From Chrysomallon squamiferum (taxonomy: Eukaryota > Animalia > Mollusca), in the NCBI GenBank assembly GCA_012295275.1, contig CM022679.1, positions 29,078,001 through 29,142,000 on the forward strand: 64,000 nt of DNA, written 5' to 3'. Each line of letters begins with the position of its first letter. The first letter of the stretch is position 1. The notes beneath the pieces were generated by a model. That model made no database searches and had not been told where the DNA came from. It saw only the letters and a program-made list of their open reading frames with translations. This document shows, piece after piece, positions 59,547 through 64,000 of the stretch. The position numbers and the translations under genes were made by a program.

Positions 59547-60237
59547 ACCGCCTCACATGGGAGCCTTTGACCCGCTCTACGCCCTACGATTCCAAGAGTA
59601 CCCGATCACCCCGGCGGCGCTCTACCCCCATCCCCACTCAGGACTGTTGCCCGGCGACCAGATGCTGTACCCCAGCTCGACGGGGATGATGCCGAACGTG
59701 AGCTCGCCCTGCTTCCCGCCCTCGATTCAGATGTACCAGCCACGCCTGCCCTACGCCATCCCCATGCAGCTGACCGAGCCGCTGAAGCCGTTCGGGTGCC
59801 TCCCGTACCCGAACACCGCCGTCTACCCGTGCTCGCTGAACGGCCTGAAGCGCAAGCAGCAGTACGACTCGGAGCAGTCGAGCGACTCGCCCACTAAGCG
59901 ACTCTGCTCGGATTACCCCTCGCCCCAGTTCCAGCTGGATTCGCTGCCACAGGGCTACGCGTTCGGCTCCGCTGCCGGGTCGGACGGGTCGAGGTCGTCG
60001 CAGTCGTCGTTGTACGGCGACGACTACGGGCTGCGCAAGTTCTGCGACGAGAAGTTTATGTCGGGCGAGTCGACGGACGCGCAGGTGTTCTCGCGCTGGA
60101 GCGAGCTCGCCGCCAAGACCGGGTACTGCCGCCTGTGCACGTGCACCAACAGCAGGCCGAACGACATCCGGTTCTGGTCGGTGGAAGACGTCTGCCGGTT
60201 TCTGAGTCGTCTGGACGGGTGTGGAGTGTACGCAGAG
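59547..60237 (+). CDS. SAMD11: SAMD11-like coding exon 5 (Pro/Tyr-rich region, bipartite NLS-like motif, N-terminal half of SAM)
   Basis: Acceptor TTTCCAG|A (phase 2, TTA); strong GC3 codon bias; DIRFWSVEDVCRFLSRLDGCGVYAE matches SAM helices 1-2; donor GAG|GTAAAC, phase 0. Confidence 0.92.
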
Positions 60238-60759
60238 GTAAACATCGTAGTAATAATAATAATTATTATAATGATAATAATAATAAATAATAAATAATAA
60301 TGATAATGATAATAACTTTAATAAATAAATAAAAAATAAGAAATGATAATGATAATGATAACAATAATAATGATGATGATAATAACAGTGATAAACATAA
60401 TGATATAATAATAATAATATAAATTAATAATAATAATAATAATAATAAAAACTGTAATAAATAAATAAATGACAGTATCTCTAACTGAAACGACCATCAT
60501 CACACTGCAATGAACAACAACCATCTTACCTATATTTAATTACAGTTTAGAGCGTTTAAACTTGATAATTTAATGTTATTTATAGTTAAATTAGCTCAGC
60601 GAGAGGTCACACACTGAAGTGAACCAAACTTCGTTAAACTCCGTACATTACACCGACTCCTCGCGCAGTGCGCTCAAATCAAATTAGTTAACAAGTTTGA
60701 CCTTTCTCGTTTTCTAACAGAATTACTAAAACTTTGTAAAGAAAAGTACCAGTAATAAT

Positions 60760-60801
<42 letters not shown>

Positions 60802-61897
60802 AATAATAATAATAATATTAAGAATAATAATGTGACAATTGCAGCAATAATGACAGTAATGACAACAATAACAATAAAAATAATAATAATAATAATAATA
60901 ATCATAATAATAATATCAACGATAATAACACCAGCAAGAACAATAACAGCAGCAACAACAACAAATTTTAAAAACCTTTGTAAAATATATTTTTTAAACA
61001 AAACCTAAAATTAACCACATTTTCTATCGTCTGATAATCACGTACAATTCGGCTGTTGACCGAGTTACTTCAGATGTTAAGTGTTTTAGTAATAAACCGT
61101 ATTTCACACGTAAATTCATCTGTCTTGATAAAACCAATTAACAACAGCGTTTATCTGTGTCTCCTGATAAATTAACAATTACATCACGTACGCAACCGAT
61201 AGCGATCCCAGAACGGTGAATTAACAGTGGCTGGAGCGGCCATTGCCCACGTGACGTCATCAAATTCACTTGGTTATGCTTCACTGAGGTGTGCTGGGTT
61301 GCTAGATCAATCCTCGATTCACCCTTTCTATTACTGTACAGACAGTGCACCACAATGATTAATGATAATTAATTATCAAAGTTATTGGTAGGCTAGATAA
61401 AAAAAATATTTGGTGTCTAATGGAAAAAGGTAGCCTTGATGTGGAATAAGTAGTTTTTGTCTTATGTCATCTTCAAGTTAAAAAACCTGTGTTTGCTTGA
61501 AAAGAGAAAAAAAAAAAAAAAATTCAGTAACATGATGGATGATGATGTTAAAAATATTCGTTACTTCCTTCATTGGTAGTTAAAACGATGGTTTTTTTTT
61601 TTTTTTTTATGATTACAAAAATTTATCTGTGTAAGTAGAGAAGTATAAAGTTGTAAACGAATTTTTCAGTGAAAGCCGATGCAATAATCATAAATCTTTG
61701 GTGGTTTTTTACCCTATATAGGTATAGTTAATAGTACGTACAGTTTCACAAAATTTATAAAATAAATAAATTAATAAATTAAAAAAAAAAAAAAAAAAAC
61801 AGAACAGAAAAAGCCCAGTGCGGTACATGTCAAATACTCAGTTCTAATCAGTGTGTCAAAATGAGTAATCAAAATGAACCCTGTGATCACCGATCAT

Positions 61898-62146
61898 TGC
61901 AGGCGCGAATCCAAAATCTTTTTCTTTATCTTTTCTTTCTTTCTTTCTTTCTTTCTTATTTTAAATGAATAAACCCGCCTTAATGTCTACGAAACAATAT
62001 TCTCTTCGTACAAACTTTATCAGTAGACTTAACAGCGCCTGCTAGTTCGCTAAATTACTGGGTGACGTGTTTCATTGGACTAATTCGCGATTACCAGACC
62101 CTCTCTCTCTCTCTCCCCTATTCAAAACACTGGATCCCTCACTGCA
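61898..62146. mobile_element. possible degenerate MITE in intron 5
   Basis: Ends TGCAGGCGCGAATCCA and TGGATCCCTCACTGCA form an imperfect inverted repeat (11/16); no target-site duplication established. Confidence 0.3.
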
Positions 62147-62682
62147 CTGGCAACCGTTTGGTATCTGTAGTATGTGAAGAATCTCTGATGATATATAACT
62201 CTGTGTAGTACATCCATCATTTTTTTGTATTTTTAAATTTGAAGAGTTCTTAATTGTCTGTAACTCGCCAAGCAGTATATTATGAGCGATAGTAAAATAA
62301 TAGTTTAAAAAGAAAATCTCATAAAATAAATAAAGGAAAGCATAAACTAACTAGATTAAAAACACGAAACGAACTGTGAGAAAAACTTTAAATAAATAAA
62401 TAAATAAATAGATAGATAAATAAATAAATAAACGATCGCAAAAACAGTACGAATAAAAATTTTAATTGAAAAACTTCTTCAAATATACATACATACATGT
62501 ATATCCATATATTATGTACACATATTCATATAATCATTTATTTACTTATTTCTTTATTATTTATGAACGTGTATGTATGTATGTATGTATTTATGTATTT
62601 ATTTATTTATTTATTTAAATATTTATTTATTTATGTATTTATGTATTTATATATTTATTTATTTATATATTTATTTATGTAT

Positions 62683-62729
<47 letters not shown>

Positions 62730-62751
62730 TTTGTTTATTTATTTATAACAG

Positions 62752-62943
62752 AACTTCATGGAACAGCGTGTTGATGGTAGAATACTTCCTCTGCTTACCA
62801 CAGATCATCTGATAAAAAATCTGGGTATGAAACTTGGACCAGCAGTTCTGCTCACCGAGGCAGTCGCCAAGAAAATACAGGAAGCGGGAAAACTGCTCAC
62901 GTGCGAGAGTTGCCGAGGTCTGCTCCCAGGGCCGGCGGTTTAA
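62752..62943 (+). CDS. SAMD11: SAMD11-like coding exon 6 (C-terminal half of SAM, stop)
   Basis: Acceptor TAACAG|AAC, phase 0; NFMEQRVDGRILPLLTTDHLIKNLGMKLGPAVLL is a Polyhomeotic/SAMD7/SAMD11-class SAM; TAA at 62941-62943; the spliced CDS totals 3180 nt in one frame. Confidence 0.92.
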   Translation, partial: NFMEQRVDGRILPLLTTDHLIKNLGMKLGPAVLLTEAVAKKIQEAGKLLTCESCRGLLPGPAV

Positions 62944-63299
62944 TAACATGAATATTCATGAGGTTTTAAAAAACATTATTGATGTCAGGTGTTGTATGAC
63001 GTCAGTGCACTTTAGTTCAATATGGCGGACTGGAAATAACAAAAATTTTAGCAGAACGAAAAAGACGATTGAAAGAAAAAGACGATTAACACACAAAGTT
63101 TTTAAGCTGAACTAAATAACACTGTCGTCGTTTTAGTGAAATGTGTTTGCTAAAAAGAATATTATTTTATTTTTTAAGAATTTTAGAAATTGATATCGCC
63201 AGAGAAATTGCGTTTTTTGTGTTTTTTTCATAAGTTAATACAGTTTTATTTTGTTTTGTTATTATTACTTCATGCAGATGTAATTAACTGTTATTGTTG

Positions 63300-63365
<66 letters not shown>

Positions 63366-63392
63366 GACCAAATTTTAAAAACGAAAGTTAAA

Positions 63393-63428
63393 AATAAAAT
63401 AGAATAATAATAATAATTTTGTAATAAA
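63393..63428 (+). other. candidate polyadenylation signals of the SAMD11-like gene
   Basis: AATAAA at 63393-63398 and 63423-63428 in an AU-rich 3'UTR; weak given base composition. Confidence 0.3.
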
Positions 63429-64000
63429 AATGTCACAAAATGATAAATCATTAACAAAATTACATAAAAAAAAACAATCCCCCATACACATTTTTAACAC
63501 TGTTATCATGAATGAAAGCCAATGATGAATACTGATTATTAAATATTTAATATAAAAAGTAAAAGAAACTTGTGTATATATAACGATTCAAAAGTGCTAG
63601 ATGTTTTAGATTTTAATTATTTTTTTATTTTTTGTAAAAACTGGCGACCAAACTAGAACGGCAGATTTAAGAATCATTCAGATTGAATGATGAACAAACA
63701 TACGTCATCATAAAGAAGTGTGATTTTCTATAAGAAACATTCATTTTTTAGAAGAAAAATAAGAAAAAGGCAAAAAATAATAGTAACGTAGCCGAAAAGA
63801 TGAAATAGTACCTTGAGTCTACATTTGGGGTTAACTAATTTATTTTTACTTTTTATATTTATATATTTATTTATTTTTTATTATTATTTTTATTTATTTA
63901 TTTATTATTTTTATTTTTTAATATTATTATTATATTTTTTTTTTTCCAAGATGGAATTTCTAACTTCATTTCATAAACAGGTATATTATATAGGAGTGAA

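Overview
This is animal (bilaterian invertebrate, mollusc/lophotrochozoan-like) genomic DNA, AT-rich and saturated with microsatellites; most ORF-track entries are translations of simple repeats. One complete protein-coding gene can be reconstructed on the + strand: a six-exon SAMD11-like gene (40428-40934, 56146-56348, 56876-57750, 58420-59131, 59547-60237, 62752-62943). All introns are GT-AG with matching phases 0,2,1,2,0, giving 3180 nt and 1059 aa. The protein has an N-terminal SAND domain (KDWK motif), a long low-complexity linker and a C-terminal Polyhomeotic-class SAM domain. Positions 1-123 look like the end of the last coding exon of an upstream gene. Between them lies a ~40 kb gene desert. 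This desert and the 15 kb first intron consist of short CpG-rich islands alternating with microsatellite spacers, carrying repeated CRE/ACGT, E-box and YY1 motifs and one strong CTCF-like site. Also present are a 25-bp minisatellite of ~53 copies, several smaller tandem repeats, local duplications and possible MITE relics. No prokaryotic system, CRISPR array or RNA gene is supported. The most interesting hypotheses concern the SAND+SAM protein as a CpG-reading Polycomb-type repressor, possible SAND-less or alternative isoforms, and the regulatory architecture of the locus.
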